Shown here one piece after another: positions 48,309 through 57,818 of a DNA stretch of 64,000 bases. Location: the NCBI GenBank assembly GCA_020632265.1, contig JACKFW010000001.1:455-64454 (forward strand), given 5' to 3'. The notes beneath the pieces were generated by a model. The model was not told the origin of the DNA. It was given only the letters and a program-made list of their open reading frames with translations, and made no database searches. Positions within the stretch are counted from its first letter, which is position 1. The number at the start of each line of letters is the position of its first letter. The DNA comes from Pseudomonadales bacterium. Lineage in GTDB: Bacteria > Patescibacteriota > Microgenomatia > UBA1400 > PJMF01. The translations under genes and the position numbers were made by a program.

Positions 48309-49199
48309 TTATTTTTTTATAAAAATTCTCATTTTTGCACTTCTTGATCTAGAATTGCCTTTAATTTCTTCATTAGTTGGTATAATTGGATTTTTAGATA
48401 AATTTTCACCTTTTTCTTCTTGCTCCCATAGTTTAAAAGTATTTTTAACTTCTCTGTCTTCACCTTCGTGAAAAGCAATGGTCACAATCCGACCTTCAGA
48501 GTTTAATAATTCTAAAGCTTGAGGAAGTACCATCATTATGTTTTCAATTTCAGTGTTTACCGCGATTCTAAGTGCTTGGAAAACTTTTGTTGCAGGATGA
48601 AGTTTTCCTTGCTGTCTTCCTTTGATATTGATTATTAAGTTAGAAAGTTCTTTAGTAGTAGTAATTGGATGAGGACTATTTTTAATTGCTTTTGCGATTC
48701 TCCTTGCATCATTTTCTCCTCCAAATTCTCTAAACAGTTCTTCTAGCTGATTAGTTGGGATAAGAGCCAACAAGTCTTTTGCCTTAACTCCAAGACGATT
48801 ATCCATTCTCATGTCTAGCTCACCATCGCCTTCAAAACTAAAACCTCTTTCATTTGATTTAAGTTGTTGAGTACTGGTACCGAAATCAAATAATATGCCA
48901 TCAATATCTTCAATTTGTCCATCTTCTCTCAAACTAGATATTATTGAAGAAATATTTGCAAAATTTTCTCTAACCAAAATTAAATTCCCTGGTTTTATAG
49001 AGGATCCAAACATTTTCTTACCGAACTCGATTGCTTCTTGATCAACATCGAAAGCAATGACTTTTCCACCTTCTTCAAGAATTTTTTGCGTATGTCCTCC
49101 TCTTCCGAAGGTTGCATCTATATACCAATGATTTTTTTTCACTTGAAGAGCTTTTGTAGCCTCATTTAGTAGAACAGTTATATGTTGATTATTTGTCAT
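48309..49199 (-). CDS. rsmH: 16S rRNA (cytosine1402-N4)-methyltransferase
   Basis: 296 aa. It has an RsmH/MraW N-terminus (VLLNEATKAL...YIDATFGRGGH). It overlaps mraZ by 11 nt. Confidence 0.9.
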   Translation of the reverse strand: MTNNQHITVLLNEATKALQVKKNHWYIDATFGRGGHTQKILEEGGKVIAFDVDQEAIEFGKKMFGSSIKPGNLILVRENFANISSIISSLREDGQIEDIDGILFDFGTSTQQLKSNERGFSFEGDGELDMRMDNRLGVKAKDLLALIPTNQLEELFREFGGENDARRIAKAIKNSPHPITTTKELSNLIINIKGRQQGKLHPATKVFQALRIAVNTEIENIMMVLPQALELLNSEGRIVTIAFHEGEDREVKNTFKLWEQEEKGENLSKNPIIPTNEEIKGNSRSRSAKMRIFIKK

Positions 49200-49617
49200 A
49201 AATTTCTAATTCTTCAGAGATTTCTTCGGCTTTTTCCTCAATTGAGTCAATGTAGTTGTGATATATATCTCTATCCCAAACTTCAATTCTGGAAAGACTT
49301 CCAACAATGACGATTGATTTATTCAAACCTGCAAAGTTAATCAAGTACTCGGGCAGTTGGACTCGACCATTTTTGTCTGGCTGAACAGCTTGAGCTTCAT
49401 TAGTCATTAATCTAATAAAGTCGCGGTTATTTTTTTTTGTAAATGTGCGTGACTCGAATTTAGCAATTTCTTTTTCAAAGTCTTCTTCTTTAAAAATAAA
49501 GAGTCCTCCGTCCAGTCCCCTAGATACTATCCAGGATTTGCTTTCGCGTCTGAATTTCTTTGGTAAAGAAATTCTGCCTTTCTCCTCTAAACTGTGATAA
49601 AATTTTCCGATAAACAT
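49189..49617 (-). CDS. mraZ: Transcriptional regulator MraZ
   Basis: 142 aa. The two MraZ repeats (DEKGRISLP.. and DKNGRVQLP..) are present. It is the first gene of the dcw cluster. Confidence 0.9.
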   Translation of the reverse strand: MFIGKFYHSLEEKGRISLPKKFRRESKSWIVSRGLDGGLFIFKEEDFEKEIAKFESRTFTKKNNRDFIRLMTNEAQAVQPDKNGRVQLPEYLINFAGLNKSIVIVGSLSRIEVWDRDIYHNYIDSIEEKAEEISEELEIYDK

Positions 49618-49846
49618 CTTCTAAGGCTTAAATACCATTTATTACCATTACCTGGATAGAAGTATCTAATACTTCAAGTAACTTGTAAAGACAAAGAATT
49701 CCCGAATCTCAGAATTATTGAAGCTTATAAAGAAATCTATATTTAAAAACAATTATGATCCATAGTATTTGTGGTCAATTTGATGGCAACGGGTTATAAT
49801 TTAATCTGTTTGTGATTATTAAAATCAGCATCACTAGGAAAAGCTC

Positions 49847-50731
49847 ATGATAAAAAAAGCCCTGATAACCTCCGCTGGTTTTGGTACAAGATTGTTACCG
49901 ATTACCAAAACCATCCAAAAAGAAATGTTGCCAATTTTAAATAGACCGATTATTGACTACATTGTTAAGGACTGTATTGATGCTGGAATAACTGAAATTA
50001 TTTTTGTAGTTAAAGAAAGCGAGAATAAATTGGTTGAGCATTTCTACACTGAATATAGGTCGATTAAACAGCATTTAGAAAAAATGGGCAAGCTTAATTC
50101 TTTTCAAGATCAACTATTTATTCATGAAAACATCAAATTTCGATTTGTAACTCAAACAATTGCAGATAGATATGGAACTGCAATTCCAGTTGAATTGGCA
50201 AAAAAGCATCTTATAGATGAAGAAGCTTTTTTAGTTTTTATGGGTGACGATTTTATTTTTAATGCTGATGAAAGAAGTGAGGCCAAGCAGATGATTGATT
50301 TATTTTACAGATCAAATTCTAAAGGATTGGTTACTTGTATAACAAAGCCAGATGAAGAATTAAATAACTTTGGTGTTGCAGAAATTAGAACTGAAAATGG
50401 GTTCACATTTTTAACAAATTTAGTTGAAAAGCCAAAATTTGGCGAAGCTCCTTCGAATCTGATCAATATTAGTAAATATATTTTTACTCCCGAAATTTTT
50501 GACATTATTGCTAATCAGAAACCAAATAAATCAAATAATGAATACTATATTACTGATTCAGCAACGATTCTTGCTCAAAACAACAACGTATCTGTTTATA
50601 CACCTAGAGGTAGATATTTAGATGGTGGCAACTTAATTAATTGGTTAAAAGCAAATATTGTGGTTGCAAACACTAAAGAAGATTTAAAACACGATCTCAA
50701 ATTATTTGTGAAAGAAGAATTTGGTTTTTAG
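49847..50731 (+). CDS. galU: UTP--glucose-1-phosphate uridylyltransferase
   Basis: 294 aa. MIKKALITSAGFGTRLLPITKTIQKEMLPI is a typical GalU N-terminus. Confidence 0.85.
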   Translation: MIKKALITSAGFGTRLLPITKTIQKEMLPILNRPIIDYIVKDCIDAGITEIIFVVKESENKLVEHFYTEYRSIKQHLEKMGKLNSFQDQLFIHENIKFRFVTQTIADRYGTAIPVELAKKHLIDEEAFLVFMGDDFIFNADERSEAKQMIDLFYRSNSKGLVTCITKPDEELNNFGVAEIRTENGFTFLTNLVEKPKFGEAPSNLINISKYIFTPEIFDIIANQKPNKSNNEYYITDSATILAQNNNVSVYTPRGRYLDGGNLINWLKANIVVANTKEDLKHDLKLFVKEEFGF

Positions 50732-51002
50732 GGTTTGTAGATATTTGATGTTATTAGATATTTGATGCTATTAAAATTATTATTAGCAAAAAAAAAGTTA
50801 ATATAATTATTTTAAAAAGATTGCTTAATTGAATATTATAGTTATTTCTTTCAGAATTTGAAATTAATTTATTTATGTCGGAGCTAGTTATTTCTGGTCC
50901 ACGAGAAAAATTCCTCGGGTGAGGTTCGGGATCAGGTAAAGTTACGGGTTGCATATTACAATCTATTCTAGCAAATAAGTGCGATTTTTCAAACTGATTT
51001 AA

Positions 51003-51815
51003 TTATTTTAGAACCACGATGTACAATTCCATCAAATCAACCTCTGCTGTAATTGACTTACCATCGATTTCACCATTAAATTCTGTCCATTTTGAGCCAT
51101 CCCAACCCATAATTACCAAGTTTCCCTCATCTCTAGCTCTCATGGTTAAACTTGCTGTACCAGAAATTGAAGGATAGGTTTGTAATGAATATGGATCAGA
51201 CGAAATAGTACCTTTTATAGAATCAGGAAATCCTGGTGTGTTAAAAATAACTGCTAAATTTACATTTTTAAGTTTATCTGATGTTATTTGAAATTTTGCA
51301 TCTTTGGAACTAAATCCATCACTTTTGTCAACATTTTCAATATATTTCCATTCTGATTTTAAAGCATAATTTTCATCACCATTAAACCTTGTGGTGAGGT
51401 GGCCGCCAGTTACGTCAGTGTGATAAGTGCAAGCTCCTCCAGCACTACAACTACCCAACAACTGTTTTGTAGAAGCAGGAAGCTTGAGTAATTCAATCGA
51501 TCCGAAAACTCCTTGAAGTAATGAGCCTGACTGATATTCTAGTTCATAATCAACTGATGATGCGTCCTTTTTGACTGAGAGCACTGTTAGATTAATATTT
51601 TTCCCATCAGCATTTGGTTCAATGGTAATATATGGTCTTTCTTCAATATCAATGATATTTACAGGTTCAGAAATTTTTGTTTTTTTAAGTTTTGGTTCTT
51701 CTACGACCGTTTTTGAGTTGTCTTTTGATTTAACAAAAAATCCAACTCCAATTATTACAGCAAGTAATACTAAGCCTATTACAAAAAAGATTTTTTTATT
51801 TGGTTTTTTATTCAT
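51003..51815 (-). CDS. Hypothetical secreted/membrane-anchored protein
   Basis: 270 aa with a basic N-terminus plus TM (KKIFFVIGLVLLAVIIGVGFFV) and a beta-rich body with a Cys pair (GSCSAGGAC). Confidence 0.4.
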   Translation of the reverse strand: MNKKPNKKIFFVIGLVLLAVIIGVGFFVKSKDNSKTVVEEPKLKKTKISEPVNIIDIEERPYITIEPNADGKNINLTVLSVKKDASSVDYELEYQSGSLLQGVFGSIELLKLPASTKQLLGSCSAGGACTYHTDVTGGHLTTRFNGDENYALKSEWKYIENVDKSDGFSSKDAKFQITSDKLKNVNLAVIFNTPGFPDSIKGTISSDPYSLQTYPSISGTASLTMRARDEGNLVIMGWDGSKWTEFNGEIDGKSITAEVDLMELYIVVLK

Positions 51816-51820
51816 AGAGC

Positions 51821-53236
51821 TTACTTTAACATGGATATTATATAGCTTTCAAGCTTTTCAATTGATACTCTTTCTTGAATTGCTGTATCCCGGTTTCTTA
51901 CTGTTACTTGTTCATCTTCAAGTGATTCGTAATCTACGGTGACGCAAAATGGAGTACCAATTTCATCTTGATACAAATATCTTTTACCTATATTACCTCT
52001 GGAATCCCAGGTACATGAAAATTTAGAACTTAGAATAGAATAGAGCTTTTCAGCTCTAGAGACTATTTCTGGTTTATTTTTTACTAATGGAAAAACAGCA
52101 ACTTTATAAGGTGCAAGCGATGGTTTTAGTTTCAAAACAATTCTGTTTTTTTCTTTGTCATTAAAATATGCATCTGTTAGTACCATTAGAAATGCTCTGC
52201 CAATTCCAAGTGCGGGTTCAACTACATGTGGCACGAATACTTCATCTGTATGAGGATCTCTATATGCTAATGATTGTCCAGAATACTCCATGTGTTGCTT
52301 TAAATCATAATCAGTTCTATATGCTACTCCCCAGAGCTCTTTCCAACCAAAAGAATAATTGTAATCTAAGTCATAGGTGTCTTTACTATAAAAGCTTCTT
52401 TCAATGTCTGAATGTCTTCTCCACCTAAGATTTTCATTTCTAACACCTAGGTTATTAACGACAAAATTCATCATTTGTTCTTTCCATTTTTCTAAAAGTT
52501 CGTGCCAATCTTGATTTTTTGGATTGAAAAAATATTCAATTTCTGCTTGTTCTAATTCAAATGTTCTAAAAACAAATTGCCCCGTAGTAATTTCATTTCT
52601 AAAGCTTTTTCCTATTTGACCAATGCCAAAGGGAATTTGAACTCTCGTAGAGTCTAGAACTTGTCTAAAGTTTGTAAAAATGCCTTGAGCTGTCTCTCCT
52701 CTTAGATATACTTTGGTTTTTTCATCAGCAATATTTCCAATCGAAGTTTCAAATAACAGATTAAATGATTTCGGATCTGTGACTTTGTTTCCGTCAGGAC
52801 TTAAAATTTCATTTTCTTGGATAAACTTGGCCATTTCTTTTAAACTTAGTTCTTCTATATTGAAATTAATCCATTTGGTATCACCTTTTGCATTTTGATT
52901 CTCCACCCATTCTTCAATTAAGTGATCTGCGCGGTATCTTTTTTTTGTTACAACGTCATCAACCAAAGGATCGTTGAAAGAGCCAACGTGACCGGAAGCA
53001 ACCCATGTTTGGGGATGTAAAAGGATTTGGGAATCAATTCCAACCATGTCAGGGCGTTTATTAATGAATTCATTCCACCACTCGTTTTTAATATTTCTAA
53101 GTAACTCTACTCCAAGAGGTCCAAAATCATATGAATTAGCTAAACCTCCATAAATAGCGGAAGTTTGATATGCAAAACCTCTTCTTTTTGCAAGACTAAC
53201 TATTTCATCTAAAGAAGGTTGAATTGTATCGGGCAT
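51821..53236 (-). CDS. glyQS: Glycyl-tRNA synthetase (class II, dimeric alpha2 type)
   Basis: 471 aa. GFAYQTSAIYGGLANSYDFGPLGVELLRNIKNEWW is a typical glyQS N-terminus, and class II motifs are present. Confidence 0.9.
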   Translation of the reverse strand: MPDTIQPSLDEIVSLAKRRGFAYQTSAIYGGLANSYDFGPLGVELLRNIKNEWWNEFINKRPDMVGIDSQILLHPQTWVASGHVGSFNDPLVDDVVTKKRYRADHLIEEWVENQNAKGDTKWINFNIEELSLKEMAKFIQENEILSPDGNKVTDPKSFNLLFETSIGNIADEKTKVYLRGETAQGIFTNFRQVLDSTRVQIPFGIGQIGKSFRNEITTGQFVFRTFELEQAEIEYFFNPKNQDWHELLEKWKEQMMNFVVNNLGVRNENLRWRRHSDIERSFYSKDTYDLDYNYSFGWKELWGVAYRTDYDLKQHMEYSGQSLAYRDPHTDEVFVPHVVEPALGIGRAFLMVLTDAYFNDKEKNRIVLKLKPSLAPYKVAVFPLVKNKPEIVSRAEKLYSILSSKFSCTWDSRGNIGKRYLYQDEIGTPFCVTVDYESLEDEQVTVRNRDTAIQERVSIEKLESYIISMLK

Positions 53237-53470
53237 TGATTCCTTTAAAACTTAATTTCTATTAATAATACTACTATTATATTTAATTATTTGATTTGGG
53301 AGTCCTGCTAAATACCCTAAATGCTTCTTATACAAAAAAATCCCAAAGCAATAATTGCTTAGGGACCCTGCCGGGCGGTTCCACCCTAGTTCTTTTTTCA
53401 AAGCACTTTATTTTCTTGTTTAATTATGTTCCTTGCCAAAGGGACAACAAGAGATATTTAATTTTAATTA
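53237..53470 (-). promoter_or_regulatory. Putative T-box riboswitch leader of glyQS (Gly specifier GGC, ultrashort Stem I, terminator/antiterminator)
   Basis: On the minus strand there is a T-box-like AGGGTGGAACCGCC (rc of 53375-53388). An antiterminator can form from AGGG / bulge UGGAACC / GCC-CGGCAG-GGU / CCCU. A competing terminator follows: tccctaagcaat-t-attgctttggga plus U7 (rc of 53334-53365). An upstream short hairpin CCUU-UGGC-AAGG (rc of 53431-53442) presents GGC+A. A TATAAT -10 box lies near 53468-53473. The RBS is AAGGAA. Confidence 0.55.
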
Positions 53471-53489
53471 TTATAGCAGATTCTTCCTA

Positions 53490-54032
53490 TCATTTAATAT
53501 TGAGATAATCAAAGCTTTTCATTTTATTATCTGAAAGAGCTGAGACATAGTCGGAAATATTTGGATATTTTGATTCGTCTGGATGTTGATATCCTAGATC
53601 AGTAATAATTCTTGAAAATGAATCTTTAATAAATTTTGCCGTAGCCGTGCTGGTTGAAATTCTTGTTCTTAAAACTAGTATATTATTGAAAGTTTCTTCT
53701 TCTAATTCTTGCTCAACAAATAATTTTTCAAAGATTTCTAACATCTGTGATAGTTGTCTAAATGAGCCCAAGGTATGATTCATTTTAGAACAATCATCAA
53801 TTAATGATGCTTGAGTTAAAATAGGAAGTGATTTTGTGCTTACTAAAAATGCGTTAATCAAATTTCCAGGTTCCAAAAAGGCTCTTTTGGAGGATTTAAT
53901 TTTTCTAACACCTTTTGCAACACAAGTTATTTTACCAAATTCTTGAGTTAAAATATTGATAATTCTATCGGTTTCACCTACGTTGGCGCGTCTCAAAACA
54001 ATTCCTTTAGTGGAGAAAGTTTTTGCTTTCAT
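53490..54032 (-). CDS. recO: DNA repair protein RecO
   Basis: 180 aa with an N-terminal OB fold (TKGIVLRRANVGETDRIINILTQEFGKITCVAKG). It is short relative to E. coli RecO but typical for small genomes. Confidence 0.8.
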   Translation of the reverse strand: MKAKTFSTKGIVLRRANVGETDRIINILTQEFGKITCVAKGVRKIKSSKRAFLEPGNLINAFLVSTKSLPILTQASLIDDCSKMNHTLGSFRQLSQMLEIFEKLFVEQELEEETFNNILVLRTRISTSTATAKFIKDSFSRIITDLGYQHPDESKYPNISDYVSALSDNKMKSFDYLNIK

Positions 54033-54046
54033 ATTAATTAACTTTT

Positions 54047-56047
54047 TTAAAAGAAAGTTTCGTATGATGTATCTTTTTGGATTATGATTTTTTCCTGACC
54101 TCCGGTAACATCCATTAAAGTTTCAAATTGTTCAATGCCACCCTGTTTCCAAACATTAATCTTATAATTTAAATCATCAGTATATGGAATTTTATAAACA
54201 ACTTTTATTTTTGCTGACGCCTCTGGTTCTAAGGTGAAAAAACCATCGATAACTGTAAACCCATTTTCATCGTACGTCCTTGCTTCTTCTAAAAATCCTT
54301 GAGAACTAATTAGCTCGGAGCCAATTGGAATAAAAAGTCGCGTCCAATCTTTTAGAGTAGCATTTAAACATAGTAATCCAGCTTCAAGGTTACAATTGTC
54401 AGCCTTATGAGTGTTTTTATAGGTAATTTCAACAGTTTTTTCTAAAAACCCATTTTCAGGTGCTAAAACGGTCTGAGTTACTTGATAATCAATAAATAAA
54501 TTTGATTTAGCTCCCGCTAGATTTGCATTGATGATTGCCAAAAAATCACTCCCATCCTCTGGAGGAATCATTCTTCCAGCAACCTGAGCAAGTTCAGCAG
54601 CATTTCTTGCCTTTTCATCAACAAAATAAAATTGAGCATGTTTGTTTTGTACGCTTTGAAAACCAGTTCTGAATAATTCTGGCCAAGATTGTTTTGGCGC
54701 AGTGTAAGCTTTTGTTAGAAGTGATCTCATTAATGGTCCGAGGATTCCTTTTCTATCATCTCTTAAGTATGGAGTTGGTCGGGTAATAATTTCTGAAAGG
54801 ATATAAATAATTTGAGGACAATCACATCTGGGATCATTTTCGGCGCTAAAGGTACCATATCCAGGAACTTCAACTGGACCCAAAACTTTCATTAAATTTG
54901 TTAGAAAGTGTGTATCCACGGCAATAATTCCATCAATATTATCTGGTTGACCCTTAACTGTTTGATATTGTTCAAAAAATTGATCCATGGAAATTTTAAA
55001 ATCAGGAGAAATATTCATATCTCTCAAATTCCAGTATTTTTCAGTAATCAAGTATCTTCCAAGTTCTGGTGGAATTGCCACCTTATTTGTATATTTTTGA
55101 TCTAATCTGTAAATATCATCTGAAGTTTCTGCTTCAACTTTGCCATTTTCAACATTGACTATGGCGTATGCTGTTAGGAAACCTCCAGTTGGTCTTAGCT
55201 CGTTGTCATTTTGAAAAAGAATCAGATACTTTTTTCTTTCACCTCTTGCTCCAGCAACTGCGGGGAGTTCTTCAATCACAGGCCTGAATTCAGTTAGGGC
55301 AACCACAGCTCCAGAAGTGAGTTCTTGTACCTTAACAATATTTGATCTAACTTCAAATTCTTGAATCATTTCTGGGTATCTTAAAGAATCAATAGCTGCT
55401 AATTCTGATTCGACAGATTTTAAATCATTGGTAATTTCGTCTAAAATTGGTGCAATTTTATCCAAGGTTTCTAAAATAACCTTTAATCTATCTTCTGTTG
55501 TTCCGCCTGTAAAAGAGCCTTCTCCTGAAAAACCTAAAACGTCAGCGTATGGAGTGATAGCTTGAATCGATTTTTTGGCAGCTGATAATCCTGATTGAGC
55601 AGCATTAAATCCATGTAAACCATCGTTAAAATAATTTTTTGCTACAGGCAAATATGAATAAAATGCTAATTTTTGATATGTTTGTTTTGTTTGAAAAAGT
55701 TGCTGCTCTAATTGATTTAAATTTTCTTCTACAGCTGGTAAGTTTTGGTCTTTAAATAATGTGTAGGTTTCAGAGGACTTGTCTTTTAGTAAATTTGCTT
55801 GCTGTTTAATTTGAATTGCTGTTTGATATGTGTAAAAGCCTAAAGTTACTGATATTGATAAAAATAAAAGTAGGAATACTCCTAGACACAATAATATCTT
55901 TTTCATTGGTAATGATTTTACATTTAACTCTTCACCAGCTTTCAATTCTTCAGCGACCTCCAATTCTGACAAAGGTTCAACTTTTTCAGAGGCGCTATTT
56001 ATTGAATTTAATTTAGGTTTTATGTAATTGATAATTTTTTTGACCAT
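54047..56047 (-). CDS. Large membrane-anchored extracytoplasmic protein of unknown function (possibly DUF4012-type), partner of the PGT
   Basis: 666 aa with a single N-terminal TM (LLCLGVFLLLFLSISVTLGFYTY) and a coiled-coil N-region. It sits immediately downstream of the sugar transferase. Confidence 0.5.
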   Translation of the reverse strand: MVKKIINYIKPKLNSINSASEKVEPLSELEVAEELKAGEELNVKSLPMKKILLCLGVFLLLFLSISVTLGFYTYQTAIQIKQQANLLKDKSSETYTLFKDQNLPAVEENLNQLEQQLFQTKQTYQKLAFYSYLPVAKNYFNDGLHGFNAAQSGLSAAKKSIQAITPYADVLGFSGEGSFTGGTTEDRLKVILETLDKIAPILDEITNDLKSVESELAAIDSLRYPEMIQEFEVRSNIVKVQELTSGAVVALTEFRPVIEELPAVAGARGERKKYLILFQNDNELRPTGGFLTAYAIVNVENGKVEAETSDDIYRLDQKYTNKVAIPPELGRYLITEKYWNLRDMNISPDFKISMDQFFEQYQTVKGQPDNIDGIIAVDTHFLTNLMKVLGPVEVPGYGTFSAENDPRCDCPQIIYILSEIITRPTPYLRDDRKGILGPLMRSLLTKAYTAPKQSWPELFRTGFQSVQNKHAQFYFVDEKARNAAELAQVAGRMIPPEDGSDFLAIINANLAGAKSNLFIDYQVTQTVLAPENGFLEKTVEITYKNTHKADNCNLEAGLLCLNATLKDWTRLFIPIGSELISSQGFLEEARTYDENGFTVIDGFFTLEPEASAKIKVVYKIPYTDDLNYKINVWKQGGIEQFETLMDVTGGQEKIIIQKDTSYETFF

Positions 56048-56078
56048 ATTAACAAGTATAACAAAATAAATAGGAAAG

Positions 56079-56699
56079 TTACCACTTTGAAATCATAGCT
56101 TGAGGAGTTCTAAGTAAAATTTTTATATCTTCCACAATTGATTTTTTAGAAGCGTATTCAGCATCCATTTTGGCTCTTTGTTCAAAGGGAACCTCGTTTC
56201 TTCCAGAAGTTTGCCAAGGACCAGTAATTCCAGGTTTTACAGATAAAATCAAATCTTTATATTTATTAGTTTTAGGATATTTTTTAGTTTGTTGATCAAG
56301 TTCTTTTTTAAGATAAGCTCTTGGACCAACCATGCTCATTTCACCTTTAATAACATTATAAATTTGAGGGAATTCATCGATAGTTAAGGAGCGCAATGCT
56401 TTTCCTAATCTTGTAATTCTTGGGTCATTTTCTATTTTCCAATCCCCATTTTTGAATCTTTCCAATAATTTTTTATTATGCTTATGAAGTATGTCGTCGG
56501 CATTGGGAACCATTGATCTAAATTTGTACAAATAAAATTCTTTGCCGTTGATTCCCATTCTCTTGTGTTTAAAAATGATTGGTAATCCTGAATCAAAATA
56601 TATCATTAATGGCACAACAAACCACACTGGTAAAAAAATTATCGAAATAATTATTGAGGTGATAATATCTAAAATTCTTTTTTGTTGATAATAATTCAT
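56079..56699 (-). CDS. Polyprenyl-phosphate sugar phosphotransferase (small bacterial sugar transferase, WbaP/WecA-initiating type)
   Basis: 206 aa with one TM and a PGT catalytic core (DEFPQIYNVIKGEMSMVGPRA). Confidence 0.85.
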   Translation of the reverse strand: MNYYQQKRILDIITSIIISIIFLPVWFVVPLMIYFDSGLPIIFKHKRMGINGKEFYLYKFRSMVPNADDILHKHNKKLLERFKNGDWKIENDPRITRLGKALRSLTIDEFPQIYNVIKGEMSMVGPRAYLKKELDQQTKKYPKTNKYKDLILSVKPGITGPWQTSGRNEVPFEQRAKMDAEYASKKSIVEDIKILLRTPQAMISKW

Positions 56700-56705
56700 A
56701 TGGCT

Positions 56706-57809
56706 TTAAAGATATTCTTCTTTTTTTTCTTCTTTTAACTTATCAACTATTTTTTTGACATCTTGACTTTTAGACTTTGGTATTATCATCAATATTTCTC
56801 CTGTGTCAATGATAACCATATCATTAACGCCAACTAAAGATATCATTCTTCCGTTAGTATGGATCAAATTGTTTTGAGAATTTATTGCCCAAACTTTTTT
56901 AGCAGATTTATCTCCTAAGATTACATTACCAGCCTCATCTTTTTTTTCAAGATCATAAACAACTTTCCAATCCCCAACATCATCCCATCCAAAATCCCCG
57001 GGAATTAAAACTAAATTTGATGCTTTTTCTGAAATAGCATAATCAATGGAAATCGATTCAGCTTTTTGATAAATATGTTTAAGAGCTGAATGAAATTCTT
57101 TAGCTGTCAAAGTTGAAAGATTTTTTGTTAACTTATACATGTCATGCATATAAGTTTGGAATGCTCGTTCAAGCACAGAGCTTGACCAAACGTAATTATT
57201 TGCATTCCAGAAATATCTTCCAGTAGAAATAAATCCACGCGCAGTTGCCTCATTAGGTTTTTCTGTGAAACTATCAACCTTGAAAAGTGATAATCCGCGA
57301 TCTAATTTTTGTAAATCTTGACCAATTCTTATATATCCAAATCCAGTTGCGGGACGATTTGGTGAAATACCCACTGTGACAAGATAATCATTTTCACTAG
57401 CAGTTTTAGCAGCTAATTTCATGACACGTAAAAATTCTGGAACGTTAGTTACAATGTGATCTGATGCCATATTTATAATTACTGCTTCAGGATCCATTGA
57501 TTTTGCAAATAGAGTGCCAATTAACATCGCAAGAGCAGTATCTCTCTTCATTGGCTCAGCAATAATATTTTTAATTGGTACTTCTGGTAATTCTTTGTGT
57601 ACCTCTTCTTTATATAATTCATTAGTTACAACAATAATTCTTTCCCAAGGTAGAATTTTCGTAATTCTGGATGCTGCAACTTGGATCATGGTGTCTTCAC
57701 CAACTAATTTTAAGAATTGTTTTGGAGTTTTGTTTCTCGATTTTGGCCAAAGCCTGGTTCCTCCTCCTCCAGCCAATATTACTGCATAAGTATGATCCAA
57801 ATATGACAT
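56706..57809 (-). CDS. manC: Mannose-1-phosphate guanylyltransferase (GDP-mannose pyrophosphorylase)
   Basis: 367 aa. AVILAGGGGTRLWPKSRNKTPKQFLKL is a nucleotidyltransferase N-terminus. Confidence 0.85.
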   Translation of the reverse strand: MSYLDHTYAVILAGGGGTRLWPKSRNKTPKQFLKLVGEDTMIQVAASRITKILPWERIIVVTNELYKEEVHKELPEVPIKNIIAEPMKRDTALAMLIGTLFAKSMDPEAVIINMASDHIVTNVPEFLRVMKLAAKTASENDYLVTVGISPNRPATGFGYIRIGQDLQKLDRGLSLFKVDSFTEKPNEATARGFISTGRYFWNANNYVWSSSVLERAFQTYMHDMYKLTKNLSTLTAKEFHSALKHIYQKAESISIDYAISEKASNLVLIPGDFGWDDVGDWKVVYDLEKKDEAGNVILGDKSAKKVWAINSQNNLIHTNGRMISLVGVNDMVIIDTGEILMIIPKSKSQDVKKIVDKLKEEKKEEYL

Positions 57810-57818
57810 ATTAACCTT

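Noticed and set aside
50754-50954. 66-aa minus-strand ORF between galU and the 270-aa secreted protein
   Set aside because: It could be a small single-TM protein, but there is no RBS or conservation evidence and the region is AT-rich low complexity. It was left unannotated.
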